Shown here: piece by piece, positions 1-12,429 of the stretch | How the letters are laid out: every line of letters begins with the position of its first letter | Position numbering within the stretch: the stretch's first letter is position 1 | Origin: Octopus bimaculoides | Lineage: Eukaryota | Assembly: GCF_001194135.2 (NCBI RefSeq) | Contig: NC_068983.1 | Span: 109,814,709-109,878,708 of the forward strand | Reading direction: 5' to 3' | DNA length: 64,000 bases | The notes under the pieces: model-generated | The model's input: the letters and a program-made list of their open reading frames with translations, nothing else | What the model was told of the DNA's origin: nothing | Databases searched by the model: none | Translations under genes and position numbers: made by a program

Positions 1-1194
1 CATATGTACACTTGTGCATTGTTGCTTATACTACTGAGTTTAATACATCATGTTTTATGCTGCCACATTTGAAAATGATAATATAGAAAAAAGAAGTGAA
101 ATTCCTTTTTACATTACATCTTTATTTCTCACCTTCTTACCTTTTTCTCCATTGAAAAAAAAAAAAAAAAAAAAACCATGAAAATTATTTTTGTGTTGAA
201 TATTTATAGATAGGTGTAAATTTTACATTTTACAGTATTTTCTCTGAAATGCGTTTTTGCTGTTGATATTTGCAGTATGAAGGAAACAATATAAAAAGTA
301 CAAGAGTAATTTTAATGATTAAGTTAGGTTGCTGTATGTTAATGAGTTTCTTCCATGTTAGTTGAACACTTTTTTACTTCATGGAATATCTTTATTTCAG
401 CAAATTTTAAATAATATAACAATGTAAACTTATTGAACTTAAGAGGCACTATCATCATGTGAACACTCAGTAATTTTGAGCATTTAGACTTTATAAAAAC
501 TAAACATATATTTTGTTTAATTTTATTTTTGTCTTTATATCTGCTTTTACCATGCCAGCATGGGTTAGATGAGATTTCTTGGAGCAGTATTCTGTAGCAA
601 GATACCAACTCTTCATTGTTCCCATGTTAGATACTGTTGAAAAGTTGAAGTAGATATTGTGTATTAGAGACATGAGAAATGTCTCTGCAGCACAACTGTT
701 GTCATTATAAAGCATAGGAAGAGGACACACACACACACACACATATCAATGCATATATATGTGGGTGTGTGCATATGCATGTGTATGTACATGTGTGTAA
801 ATATGTATGTGTGTCAATGTCTATATGTATATATGAATGCATGCATGTATATATATAGATGTGGGTACGAGACACATTAAGCCTTCAGCTTTTCTTGAAC
901 TCAGGCATTGTTTCTAGTATCCATTTTTGCTTTGTGTTGCTTGTCGATATCTTAGTACATTCTGAGCAATCTCATGTGCCTCAAAGTTATCTCTAATCAA
1001 GTAATGGTAAGTTACATCGATGAATCTTTTTGAAACTCCCACCTTAACTCTCTTTACACTTGGATTGCTACCCAGTAGCACTAATATTGCTATTAGTATC
1101 CAGTTTGAATAAATTTCCTTTGTTCAAATCTTAGTTTTCCTCCCTTCATTATTTTTAATTTGTTAAATTTGAAAAGAAATAAAGAAATGAAGAT

Positions 1195-1245
1195 TGAGTT
1201 ATCAGCTGTCGAAGTATGCATACTTTTTTTTTGAGACACCCTGTA
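1195..1245 (-). mobile_element. Tc1/mariner-type terminal inverted repeat (orphan end)
   Basis: Minus strand reads TA|CAGGGTGTCTCAAAAAAAAAAGTATGCATAC, a TA-CAGGGTG terminus typical of Tc1/mariner elements. No partner TIR or transposase was recognised. Confidence 0.35.
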
Positions 1246-1501
<256 letters not shown>

Positions 1502-1950
1502 ATCATCATCATCCTCATCATCATTTAACGTCTGTTTTCCATGCTAGCATGGGTTGGACGGTTCGACCAGGGTCTGGGAAGCCAGGAGGCTGCACCAGGC
1601 TCCATTCTGATCTGGCAGTGTTTCTACAGCTAGATGCCCTTCCTAACGCCAACTACGTGAGTGTAGAGGATGCTTTTTACATGCCACTGGCACAGGGGCA
1701 AGAGAGGGCTGGTAACGGCCACGATCAGTTGGTGCTTTTTATGTGCCACCGGCATGGAAGCCAGTCTAGGTGGCACTGGCATCGGCCACATTTGGATGGT
1801 GCTTTTTACATGCCACTGGCACGGGTATCACAACTACAATTTCCATTTGATTTTCATTTTGATGTTTATGTACTTGACTCAATAGGTCTCTTCGAGCACA
1901 GCAGGTTGCCCTACAATCCAAGGTACTTTTGAATGGGCTGGGGCTGGTTA
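1502..1950 (-). mobile_element. Dispersed RTE-tail retroposon (SINE or LINE 3' end) with (GAT)n tail
   Basis: CATCATCAT-TTTAACGTC-TTTCCATGCTAGCATGGGTTGGACG...GATGCCCTTCCTAACGCCAAC followed by internal TGCCAC(T/C)GGCAC subrepeats. The same sequence recurs at about 9750, 33826 and 44004, and in the opposite orientation at about 7590, 12430 and 43715. Confidence 0.85.
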
Positions 1951-3895
1951 CGCAAAACCGGGGTGGTTTATACAGGGATGATGCCTTATTCATCACCCCT
2001 AGTAACAATNNNNNNNNNNGGCTGGGGCTGGTTACGCAAAACCGGGGTGGTTTATACAGGGATGATGCCTTATTCATCACCCCTAGTAACAATAAATCAA
2101 TCATTGAAAGAATGAGAAAGAAAATTAGAAAATGTTTAAGAAGCTTCAACTTAAGTATTATATATGAATATGGTACTAAGATAGTAAATTTTTTGGACAC
2201 TACTCTAAACATAGACTTTAAATTGTACTATCCCTATAGAAAAGAGAACAAGGTTACAATGTATGTGAATAAATTATCTAATCACACACCCCTCCCGAAT
2301 GTATTAAAATCAATGGTAAAAGGTATTTCTGATAGAATTTGTAAGCTATCTTCAAATATTGATATTTTTAATTCCCATTCATAACACTACAATGTTGCTT
2401 TGTCTAAAGCGGGATATGACTGGAAAATTTATTTCCTCAGTCCTGGAAGGCCGAGTCATTTTTATAGAGAAATTAATAATGATGTTAGTAATAGTTAGTC
2501 TACTAACTTAATCAGTGGTGATGAAATACTAAATGAAAGACCATCCTACATACCTAATATTTTAAGTAATAAGGAAAATAATAGAGTACATTTTGATAGG
2601 AGACTACATACTAATACTAGCAGAAGACCTAGGTTAGATAAAAGTAATGGCAATGTAAATGATATAGTTACTCTACAAAATAATAAGGATTCCACAAAAA
2701 AATATGCAAAACTATAAATCATAATATTGTCCTAGAGAATAATAGTAATCAAAAGGTATCCTGTACTTACTTACACAATAAATTTAAAAGTAAAAATCCT
2801 GTCTGGCTCAATATCCCTTTCAAACATGCAGTATCCACAAATATATACAAAAAATTTATGGCTATTTTACAAAAAAATTTCCCTTCTTCCAACAGATATT
2901 TTAGAATCCTTTCATCTAATACAGTCTGAATCTCATACTCAACCCTCCCTAATATAGGTACAATCATAGCTAGGTTAAATAGAAGGAACATAAGATTAGC
3001 CAGAATCATTGAAAATAAGAATGGTGGTAATAGTTATAGAAATGTCAATAATAATTTAATCAATGTCAATAATAACATTACCAATAATTATAGAAATGGA
3101 AGTGGAAATAACAATGACAATAGCAATTATGAAGGTAACAGCAATATCCTTAGTCTTGTCAACCATAACTTAAACTAACATAATGAATATAGTGGTATTG
3201 ATGCTGGAAGTACAATTGAAATAAATAGTAGTAGCACCTCTACTGATAATAATGTGAATTATGGGTCTAGTTCATATATGGAATTAGAAAATATTAGTAT
3301 GCCTGATCCTGCGAGAATGATTCTATCTGATTGCATGATGGAAATGGAGTTAGATAGTAACAGAAGTGATCATAATGAGCCTGATAACAGAATTAATAAT
3401 AGGGGAAATAATATTAATGTGAATAATTGTAACAACAATAATTTTAATCTTAGAAATAATATTAGTGTTGTTGATATTTCCACTAGTTGCAATTGTAGAA
3501 ATAAGTCCCGTTATCCATTATTAGGTCGATGTCTCACTAGAAACGTAGTATATAAATGCACAATAAGTACTATAACTGATAATGATATTTACTTGGGGTG
3601 TACGATTAATTTGAAACAGCATATATATAACCACCTGTCATCTTTTAGACTTAAACATAAGGCAAATTGTATGTCGTTATCAAATAAAATTTGGGAATTA
3701 AAGGAAAGTGGTACCAGTTTTGGCCTTAAATGGGAAATTATAAGAAAAGCCCATCCTTGTAGAAATAGCAGATATGGATGTGAACTATGTTCCATGGAAA
3801 CATATGAAATTTTTAGACTTAGAAACAATTCTAACCTGATTAATAACAGATTAGACCTTAGAGTATTGTGTACCCTGTTCCACTCACACTTTTAG
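1951..3895 (+). mobile_element. 5'-truncated Penelope-like retroelement (Naiad-like): RT C-terminus, thumb and GIY-YIG endonuclease, pseudogenised
   Basis: Motifs GGLYRDD (RT catalytic), NFLDTTL, YYPYRK, YVNKLSNH, KNPVWLNIP, ISYSTLPN, CNCRNKSRYPLLGRCL, VVYKC...IYLG, KWEII, CELC. Premature stops at 2382, 2496, 2927 and 3176, plus a 1-nt frameshift in the A-run at about 2695-2702. The motif set matches my recollection of Naiad-clade PLE proteins. Confidence 0.88.
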
Positions 3896-4160
3896 ATATT
3901 TTAAAAAGTAGCAAACTTATATAGTGTGGTATTTTAACTCTACCATGTTTATCTTAGGCTATAATTAGTACATATTTAAATTGAAATTGAACTTTTCTAG
4001 TATATTTTTGATCTCTCACCTTAATGTATAATCTTCCTGTGAAAACTAAAATTTTAACTTTATCCATGGATGGTATATGGTTTTACATATGTGTGTATAT
4101 GTGTGTGTGACTGAACACTATTCAATTTTTTTTTTTCTCCGTGTTTTTCTCCTTGTCTCC

Positions 4161-4232
4161 GTATTCTTTCTGTTGAAGAGCGTAGCTCGAAACGTCAAAG
4201 ACTTTCCGTATTCCCGAGCGTCATACTAATAC
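4161..4232 (+). ncRNA. Type I hammerhead-ribozyme-like motif in the PLE terminal repeat (variant core)
   Basis: CTGTTGA (4170-4176), extra A, stem II GAGC-gta-GCTC, GAAA (4189-4192), stem III ACGT/GCGT, GUC triplet at 4220-4222. Stem I is TTT/ATA plus distal GTATT/AATAC. Lies about 265 nt downstream of the PLE ORF on the same strand. Confidence 0.6.
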
Positions 4233-4343
4233 ATCCTTTTGTTATTTACACCACCTGTCCTCGTCTGTTGTTGTTGTTTCATACATTCTCCCTCCTCTAT
4301 ATATATATGTATATATGTATACATATATATGTATATATGTATA

Positions 4344-4375
4344 TATCAGGTCAACCCATAAGTTCTGTCCGAATT
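4344..4375 (+). mobile_element. mariner-type TIR fragment
   Basis: TA|TCAGGTCAACCCATAAGTTCTGTCCGAATT emerging from a TA microsatellite. No partner end was recognised. Confidence 0.35.
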
Positions 4376-5354
4376 TTGCATGGAATCAAGTACCCTGACC
4401 TCCTAATATGCTGCAAATCCCTTATTTTGGTTCAGAAAAAAATGAGTGGGGGGGGTACTCCCCTCCCCAATCTCGGAATCATTGGAAATTTCTTTTTCGT
4501 TGAATAAATTCCTGTGACCTCCTAATATTGCAAAATTAGGTTACTTAAGGTGAGCCTGGTAACTGATGGTTTTGGGGTCTTGTTTGTAACTTTTGGTGAA
4601 CCATGGTGCAACTAACAACATGGTAAAAATCCCTGTCATTAACTTGGTGTGGATGGGTAATATCAAATAATTAAATAACAACATATATTTGAATTAGACA
4701 TGAAAAAAATTGAAATATTATCATCACTTACATGGAAAAATTGAAATATCTTTCAGTATTTTATAAGGTAAAATCTTTAATTATTAATTAACACATTATT
4801 ATCTTATAACAGCAGTGCAATGTGTACTTGAGCAAATGACTTTCTTCCAAGTTACTCCAGTACATCCAGCTGTATAATGAGTTCGAACAACTACTGGGAA
4901 GTTAACCATGTTGCAGAGTGGGGAGTATTATAATCTCAGTCATTTATATGAGAAGCGGGTTAAGCTCTTGCTTTATAAGTGCTAGGATTTGTAACACACC
5001 TAAGCATTGTTATGGTATTGTTTTAAACCATGCTGCCAAAACAATTAAGACTTGCTAATATATAAGAAGATATTTCCATCATATCACTTGATTATTTATT
5101 TTATTAAATTTTTATTGTCCACTTTTCCCTGCCTGCTTGGGTTGGAAAAAATTCATTGAGGCAGACTTTCCACTACTGATGCCCTTCTCATCAACAAGCA
5201 TCACTTGTTTTCAAGCAAGGGACTATTCCTCTATGGCCATATATGTTTGCCTTTCTAATTTGGAAATGAATAGTATCGCTTGTCAGATAGTGATGCTTGT
5301 TTACAATTATGTGGTGAGAAGACAAGGGATACACTCAAGCACACACACACACAC

Positions 5355-5510
5355 ACATATATATGACAGGCTTCTTTAAGCTTCAGTCTAGTAGATTCAC
5401 CCATAAGACTTTGATTTGCTTGGTGCTTCTCCTGAGTACAATGCATTAAGACTGAACCTAAAACCACATGGCTGGAAAGCAAGCTTCTTAAAGATGTAGC
5501 CAGGCCTGTA
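5355..5510 (-). mobile_element. Decayed tRNA-derived SINE (family B)
   Basis: Reverse complement resembles the copies at 9270-9660 and 57965-58205 (CCACATGGTT..GGTTCAGTC head; AAGCC/AAAGTCTTATGGGTGAATCTACTAGACTGAAGCT body). Confidence 0.55.
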
Positions 5511-6997
5511 CCTATACACAGCTATTCCTAGATCAACCATTTTGAAGAGGAATAATGCTTTGTTTTGTGGCCTTTTTATTTCAGCACATATCTATCTTTT
5601 GGAATTCTTTGTTTTCATTGCTGTTCTCTACACAGCGTCTAATAAATCTCATATGTTTATGTTAAACTAATTTAAACGTTTGCTATGAGGCAAGTTCTGC
5701 TTTGCCTAAACTATATTCCTGCTATTCCAACAATAAATCAATGAAAGTCAATATAACCCATCTTAACTATAGTGAATTTGTGCCTAGCCAAAAGGAATTG
5801 TAATCTAACTAGCCCATGCATTCTTCAGTAGAATTCTGAGAATACATTCTTTTCTTATGCAATATGTATTAACTGCAAATTGTTAAAATTATTTGGCATG
5901 ACTATGTTTCAGAATTTCCCTTCACAGCAATATAGTTTCTGCTTTTGTCACACCACAGACCATCTTGTGCTGTAACCTTGAGCTGACTAATAATACTTTG
6001 TGAATGAATTTTGGTAGAAAAACATTTTGGAAGCCAGCTTTTATTTCTCTTTGCCCATCTTAATTTTGATGCCACTTAACAAAAAACTGGCGCTTTTTCT
6101 TTATGTTCTGTAACATAGTCGTTTATCAAATAGAGCTGGACAAAATAACAGTTTTAAAAATTAGTTTTGGGTTTGATGAGTAATTAAACTGTTGATTGTA
6201 GTGCCTCAATATGGCCAAAACAAGTAAAGGAATAAAAGTATAAATGTGCAATATTCTGGCCTAAATATTTGGCATTTATGAATCAATTTATTGTTGTGTT
6301 ATTTATGTGTGCTTGCTGTGAACATGCACTAACAGGAGCATGTGTACTCACAAAATAATTCTTTATTATATTGATTATATAATTAATTGATTATGTTCAA
6401 CTCCAAACAAAATTCTTCAGAAAGTATTAATTTGATAATCATTCACAATATTTTTGGAAGATTATTTTTATTCAACTTACTGTTTTATCTGAAAGAGAAT
6501 CTACAATTAATTTCTTCACTATTATTGTTTCATTTCAATAAATCTTATATTTTGTTTTAGTTATAAAACATCTCTTATAAATTATGGGCCTTTCTAAAAG
6601 TCCTTTTGATAGTACTTTTGGAATAGACTTTTATTTTTCAGAATTAGTCATAAAATGCAACAACAGAAAAATACTTATTTTTTAAATAATTTTTAGAGAG
6701 ATTAAATTTTGAGCTAATCTATTTATTTTAGAATACTTCAGTCTGTTTTTTTTTTTTTGATCATTTTATTTGTCAACATATAAGACAAATATATTTTGTG
6801 GAATAACAAATTTGGTGTTTCATCATATACTTATTCAAAGATATTTTAAAGTGGTTTTTATAGGAAGAAAATGTATGACTCTGTGCATGTAAATGCAATA
6901 TTGTGACAGTAGAGTGGAATAAATTATGAAATCGTAAAATTTTTCCTAAATATACAATAGTATGGGTGTTCTGTATTTCATTTTTATCTTCTTTCAG

Positions 6998-7141
6998 ATC
7001 AGCTGTATAGTTGTTTATAATTTTGATCATGAGGATTACTACAGAAGATGTAAAACTCCTCTTTCTGACTGTGATGTTTTGTGTAACTGTGATTGGCCTC
7101 CAGGGTTGCACACCACTGCTAGTTTTGCTATCCACTTGTAA
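6998..7141 (+). CDS. Probable terminal coding exon of an unidentified host gene (ISCIVVYNFDHEDYYRRCKTPLSDCDVLCNCDWPPGLHTTASFAIHL*)
   Basis: Strong acceptor TTTTTATCTTCTTTCAG|ATC, 47 open codons to TAA at 7139-7141, higher GC than the flanks, and AATAAA hexamers about 85-100 nt downstream. I do not recognise the protein and found no upstream exons. Confidence 0.45.
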   Translation: MSCIVVYNFDHEDYYRRCKTPLSDCDVLCNCDWPPGLHTTASFAIHL

Positions 7142-7589
7142 ATAGCTGATAGGGAGATCAAAATTTATCATTCTTTTCATCTTTCAAGAAGTTTTCTTTT
7201 AGATAATTAAATGACAATACCAAAAAATAAATAATAAATAAAAAAACCAAGACAGAAGGGAAAAAAATTGTAACTTTGTTATTGATTTAGAGTATGCTCT
7301 ACATCACTATCGATGAAGTGAAATAAATGTAAAACGAATGGAAGATACAAAACTGAAGTGAAAATGACAAGATGGAGCTTTATTTACATGAAATAAAAGA
7401 AAATAAAGGCTGAATCAAACCAATACATTGCTTATAGGAAACCATGCTGAGTAGTATATAAACTGATGGACAATTGTATAACTATGCATATAGGTATATG
7501 AATGTATGTGTGTGTTAATAGATGTGTGTGTGTGTATATGTGTACATGTATACGAGTATATAAATATATGCGCGTAGATGTATATATGA

Positions 7590-7830
7590 ATTTTTATGGA
7601 AGCACTGTGCGGTGCCTTGTATAAGCGTTTGTGTGGTACCACATAAAAGCACCCATGCAGTGCTGTGTAAAAGCACCCAGCACACTCTGTAAAGTGGCTG
7701 GCATTAGGAAGGGCATCCAGCCATAGAAACCGTGCCAAATCAGACTGGAGCCTGGTGCAGCTCTCCAACTTACCGGCTGTGGTCAAACCATCCAACCTCT
7801 GCCAGTATGGACAATGAAATGGTAATGATG
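7590..7830 (+). mobile_element. RTE-tail retroposon copy (decayed)
   Basis: AAAGCACCC subrepeats, GGCATTAGGAAGGGCATCCAGCCATAGAAAC, CCATCCAACC...AATGATG tail. Confidence 0.75.
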
Positions 7831-7949
7831 CATATACGTGTATGCATGTATATGCATTTGTATGTGTCTGTATGCATTCGTATATGTATGTCTATATTTA
7901 TATAATGTCACTGTATCAACCAGACTATAAAATGTTGTTACACATTGCT

Positions 7950-8555
7950 TGTTACAGTGCTCTTAGAATTCTTTCTTGATTGCATCATAATTTTCCATCT
8001 TGTTCCATATCACTTAACTAAATCTTTTTTCCTTCCTCATGGAGCCTTTGAAATGGCCTTTTCCAGTCCCTTGGATATCACTTGGTAACTGCAGGGTCCA
8101 CCTCTTGTCTGTGAACCTTCCAACTTGACCAGTACAATGGAACTTGTGCTTTCAAGATTCTGAAATTACATTGTTTTCACCACTCCATTCTTGAATTATC
8201 TCATTTTGAATATATTCCTGTAATGATATTCTTAACATGGATTTTTTCATGGCCCTTAGCATTGTAACTAACTAATGTTCTTCCCTCTTTGTAGTAGCCC
8301 TATTTGTAGGGCTTTGTTGTTGCCTATATTTCACTTGTTTGTAAGAGAACAAGTAGAATGGTGCTATTGAAGAGTTTAGCATATATAGTCTTGTCCATCT
8401 TTGTTTTGAGCACATCCTTTAAGATAAACATCTTCCATCTTGCCCTTACTCTCAAACATAGCTGGGAAATAATGAAATTGACACGGGAGGTATGTAGGGC
8501 ACACAGTGAATATTCACTGAGATATGGATACTAAAACCTTAGAGAGAATATGTGC
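7950..8555 (-). mobile_element. RTE-clade LINE fragment (post-RT region, second RTE family)
   Basis: Minus-strand translation gives KDVL...AKLFNSTIL(P)VLL..SE and ...SLQEYIQNEII, the C-terminal RTE pattern, with many stops. Confidence 0.55.
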
Positions 8556-8617
8556 AAGATAATTTGAAAATCATTCACAATATTTTTGGAAGATTGTTTT
8601 TATTCAACTCTCCATTT

Positions 8618-8657
<40 letters not shown>

Positions 8658-8664
8658 CGTGTGT

Positions 8665-8880
8665 GCCCTCATCATACACATCACCATTTAATATCCACTT
8701 TCCATGCTGGCATGTTTAGGTCTGTTTGACAGGAAACTGGCCAGCTATTGGGCTGTGCTGAACTCTGTCATTTTTTATATGGTTTCTACATCTGGACACC
8801 CTTCCTAACTCTTACAAATTTACAGTGTAGTGGGTGCATTTTTCTGTGCCACCGGCACTTTTGAGGTTGCCATGTCACTA
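8665..8880 (-). mobile_element. RTE-tail retroposon copy (decayed)
   Basis: CATCAC..TTTAATATCCACTTTCCATGCTGGCATG...CCCTTCCTAAC...GTGTAGTGGGTGCATTTT. Confidence 0.7.
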
Positions 8881-8998
8881 GAAAAACAGAAGAACAGAGA
8901 GGGAAAGGGAGGACAAAGCTCCTACTACTAAGAAGTATTTGTTGGTGAGTGGCTGTATGCTAGGTGTATATACTTGTGTGTGTATGTATGTATGTATG

Positions 8999-9048
<50 letters not shown>

Positions 9049-9269
9049 CATATATATGTATGTGTATATATATATATATATATATCAAAAACTCAACTAA
9101 TGGAAATATTACAAAAGCATAAAAAACAGAAACTACATAACTTATTCCTTATCAATGTCCAAAAGATCATTACAATTTCGTGCCTTTAATGTTGATATTG
9201 TTTACTCATGGTGGTGCCAGAGGCAAAAAGCCACTGGGAATAGCTAACCAATGTACAGAGCTAGCAAGT

Positions 9270-9660
9270 TTGCTGCCCACCCATAAGGTTTTGAGTTTAA
9301 TCCCACTGTATGGTAGCTTTGAGCAGGTGTCTTCTACTGTAGCCTTAGGCTAATCTAAGCCATCTGAGTGGATATAGTAGACAAGAACTGAAAAATGTGC
9401 ATATATATATGTGTGTGTGTGTGTGAGTTTATATCCTCCTTGCCTTGACATCACATGATAGCCATAAATGAGCATCATTGACAGAAGATACAGTGTTATT
9501 TTAGGATTTCATAAGAAAAAATTATTCATTCACGAGGAAATATCTACTTGCTTGGAAACAATTATCATTTAATGATAGGAAGAGCATGTAATTGTAGAAA
9601 AATCTTTGTCAACCAATTCCGTCTAACCTAGGCAGGCATGGAAATATGAGCTTTAAAACA
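9270..9660 (+). mobile_element. tRNA-derived SINE (family B) with (GAT)-type tail
   Basis: Head GAGTTTAATCCCACTG...TTTGAGCAGGTGTCTTCTACTGTAGCC, internal (TG)n, and tail GGCATGGAAA...AATGATGA. Confidence 0.6.
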
Positions 9661-9677
9661 ATGATGACTTGTATATC

Positions 9678-9748
<71 letters not shown>

Positions 9749-9749
9749 T

Positions 9750-9900
9750 CATCATCATCATCATCATCATCATCGTTTAACGTCCGCTTTCCATGCTAGC
9801 ATGGGTTGGACGATTTGACTGAGGACTGGTGAAACCGGATGGCAACACCAGCCTCCAATCTGATTTGGCAGAGTTTCTACAGCTGGATGCCCTTCTCTGC
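9750..9900 (-). mobile_element. RTE-tail retroposon, young truncated copy
   Basis: (CAT)n-CGTTTAACGTCCGCTTTCCATGCTAGCATGGGTTGGACGATTTGACTGAGGACTGG, near-identical to 33840-33970 and 44010-44150. Confidence 0.85.
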
Positions 9901-9916
9901 CAAATCATATTTGTAT

Positions 9917-9953
<37 letters not shown>

Positions 9954-10693
9954 CGCACGCGCGCACACACACACACATAGGATAATAAAACGAACGGTTT
10001 ACACCTGGTCGCTTACTGGTAAAACATGGTCACTTTCACAGTGATTGTTATGTATATGGCACATGGAAGATGGAATATACAAGAATTTATTATTAATCAC
10101 AGCAATTGTTTTGACACATCTAGCATCGATCCTTTACAGGTGGGACTCTCAACAAGTGTTTCAGGAGTGTCCGGCAGTGCACATGTATCTTATCGGGTGA
10201 TTGACACAACTTGTTAAGATAACAGTTCTGCAATGCATTTTCTCATTTTGTAGAAAGAAAATCAGCAAGATGGAAGAAATATCTTCATTTACATAGAAGA
10301 TCAAAAATAAAATCACAGATGGAAAAAAGAGAAATGAACACTCAATACAGTGAGAAAAGTATTAAAAATAACCGTTACCAAATTTGGATGTATAAATGCC
10401 CTCGCACAAGCTGCATGGTGTGTGTAAACTTGCTCATACAAGCATCTGTGAAAAATGTGAGCATATGCACACGTGAGGTTTGGTGCACTCACAATCACAA
10501 ACCGAGTTAAATATCTACTTGGTGTTTATAAAAATGAGGAGGTTAAAAGTAAATTATGTTAACAGTTACCCAAAATTTATTCCTGCTGCATTGTGCGAAA
10601 ATATATTTATATGCATGTAGGCATCTCAAGGGTCTTTCAGAAATTCTAGTAAGAATCATACAAACTCGGGTACACATCTATATTTCCGTTGTG

Positions 10694-10760
<67 letters not shown>

Positions 10761-12429
10761 CATACTTACGTTCACATATGTACGTATGTATACTGCATGT
10801 GTGTTCACACTTTAAACCTTTACCAGGAAAAATATTGTCACAAAGCATTTCCTTGTTTTTTCATATAAGTTATATTAGATGCTTTCATTAAAATAGTGAT
10901 TGAAAATGGTTGAATGATAGCGTCTTTTAGTGGTGGTTTAGGTTCTCAGATATACATGTGTTTGTATTTGTTTCCAACTGAATGCTATTATTTTCCCTAG
11001 TTCAGTGACTTGAGCTGGGGACCTTTATCTAAAGCAGTAAAATATTTTTAGCAGGGTTTGTACCTTCACATTACATTTTAAGTTTTTTGACACAAATGCA
11101 ACAACATGTGTACATGCACACACATGTTTGCAGATATTCAGGGGAGACTGTTTAATGTCATTTCTTCAGAGAGTTCAGAGATATCGTAACTGTGTGATCT
11201 TTTGATTTGCTATTTCAAAACCAGCTGTCATAGCTTTATAAGTGACTGATTATAGGATGAATCTATTGGAAATATGGGAAATGTTCTACTATAACAAACA
11301 TGCTGAAGTAGTTTTCACTTGACTAGAATAGTGGTAGTTTGTAATTTTACTCCATCAAAAACTAAAATCTTTCTGTAATTTTGGTATGAAATTGTTGATT
11401 AATTGACGCAGTGACTAATTCTTTGGTGTTTTAATTATAGTGCTGATCATTAAATCATTAACTGCTTGTAAAATAAATTTTAATATTGTATGATTACTTG
11501 TTAAATTTGCATAAATGTAATCTTATACTGGTTTTCTGTATTTTTTTATGTTTTATTTCAATGTATTTTCCTATACTTAAAGGAAAAATTTCATTTTATT
11601 TCATCTGATATTTGTCTTTAGCATAATTCACTCTTTGTAATACATGTATATTTTAGATGAAATCTATATAATTCATTTTCACTTTTAATTTGATACATCT
11701 GATTTCTGTAGCAATATATTTTTATTCATGAAAATCAGACATATTTGTTGATCAGTTTTTCCACTTAGCTATCATTTTCTCATATCAGACTCTCAGCTAT
11801 GATGTTGTACCTCTTTTCACCTTAAATAAGTACTGTATTTTATTTGAGCAATCTAGTAGTGTGACTGTGGAAGCTAGGTTGCAGAGTTTTAACTTGGAGT
11901 AACTGAGAGTTGCTAACCGAGTAACCATCTTAGAGATAGCTAGGTTGCTGAGAGTAAACTAATTTAAAGAGACTGGGTACATAATGAATACTGATTTAGC
12001 TGTGAACCAAAAAATCTCAACAATATCAAAGCAATATATTTGTTCAATAGATTGAGTAGGTAGTCTGTATTGAGTGGTCAAACAAAAAATGTTTACATAA
12101 ATTGTTAGCAATATTGAGTTGACTGACCAAAAAGTAAAACTAAAATTGTGCACCAGATATGCAGTGTAATAGCAGTAATTGATTGTATATTAGGGGCTAC
12201 TTACTTTGATGACTGACTAGAAATTGTAGATAAATTTAACAATCAAGCTCACTGGTTCTTAAACATGGATGGTAGCACCCTTTGACAACAATACTAACTC
12301 ACAAGGGGTCGCAGTATTAGGTTTGTACTTACATTTTAAATATATTTTCAAAAAACACCTTTGTCTAAATTGAGAATAGGACATTGTGATAAAGCAATTA
12401 AAAAAAACTTATTAATGAAGCTCTAAGGT

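Noticed and set aside
1936-2093. Exact 74-bp tandem duplication of the RT catalytic motif
   Set aside because: The two identical copies flank a 10-N gap, which is the signature of unmerged overlapping contig ends.
2927-2929. In-frame TGA in the Naiad-like ORF as possible selenocysteine (some Naiads are reported selenoproteins)
   Set aside because: It falls in NTV*ISYS, a K/R position rather than a Cys position, so CGA-to-TGA decay is the simpler explanation. The other stops are TAA/TAG, and the Cys-rich nuclease has no TGA.
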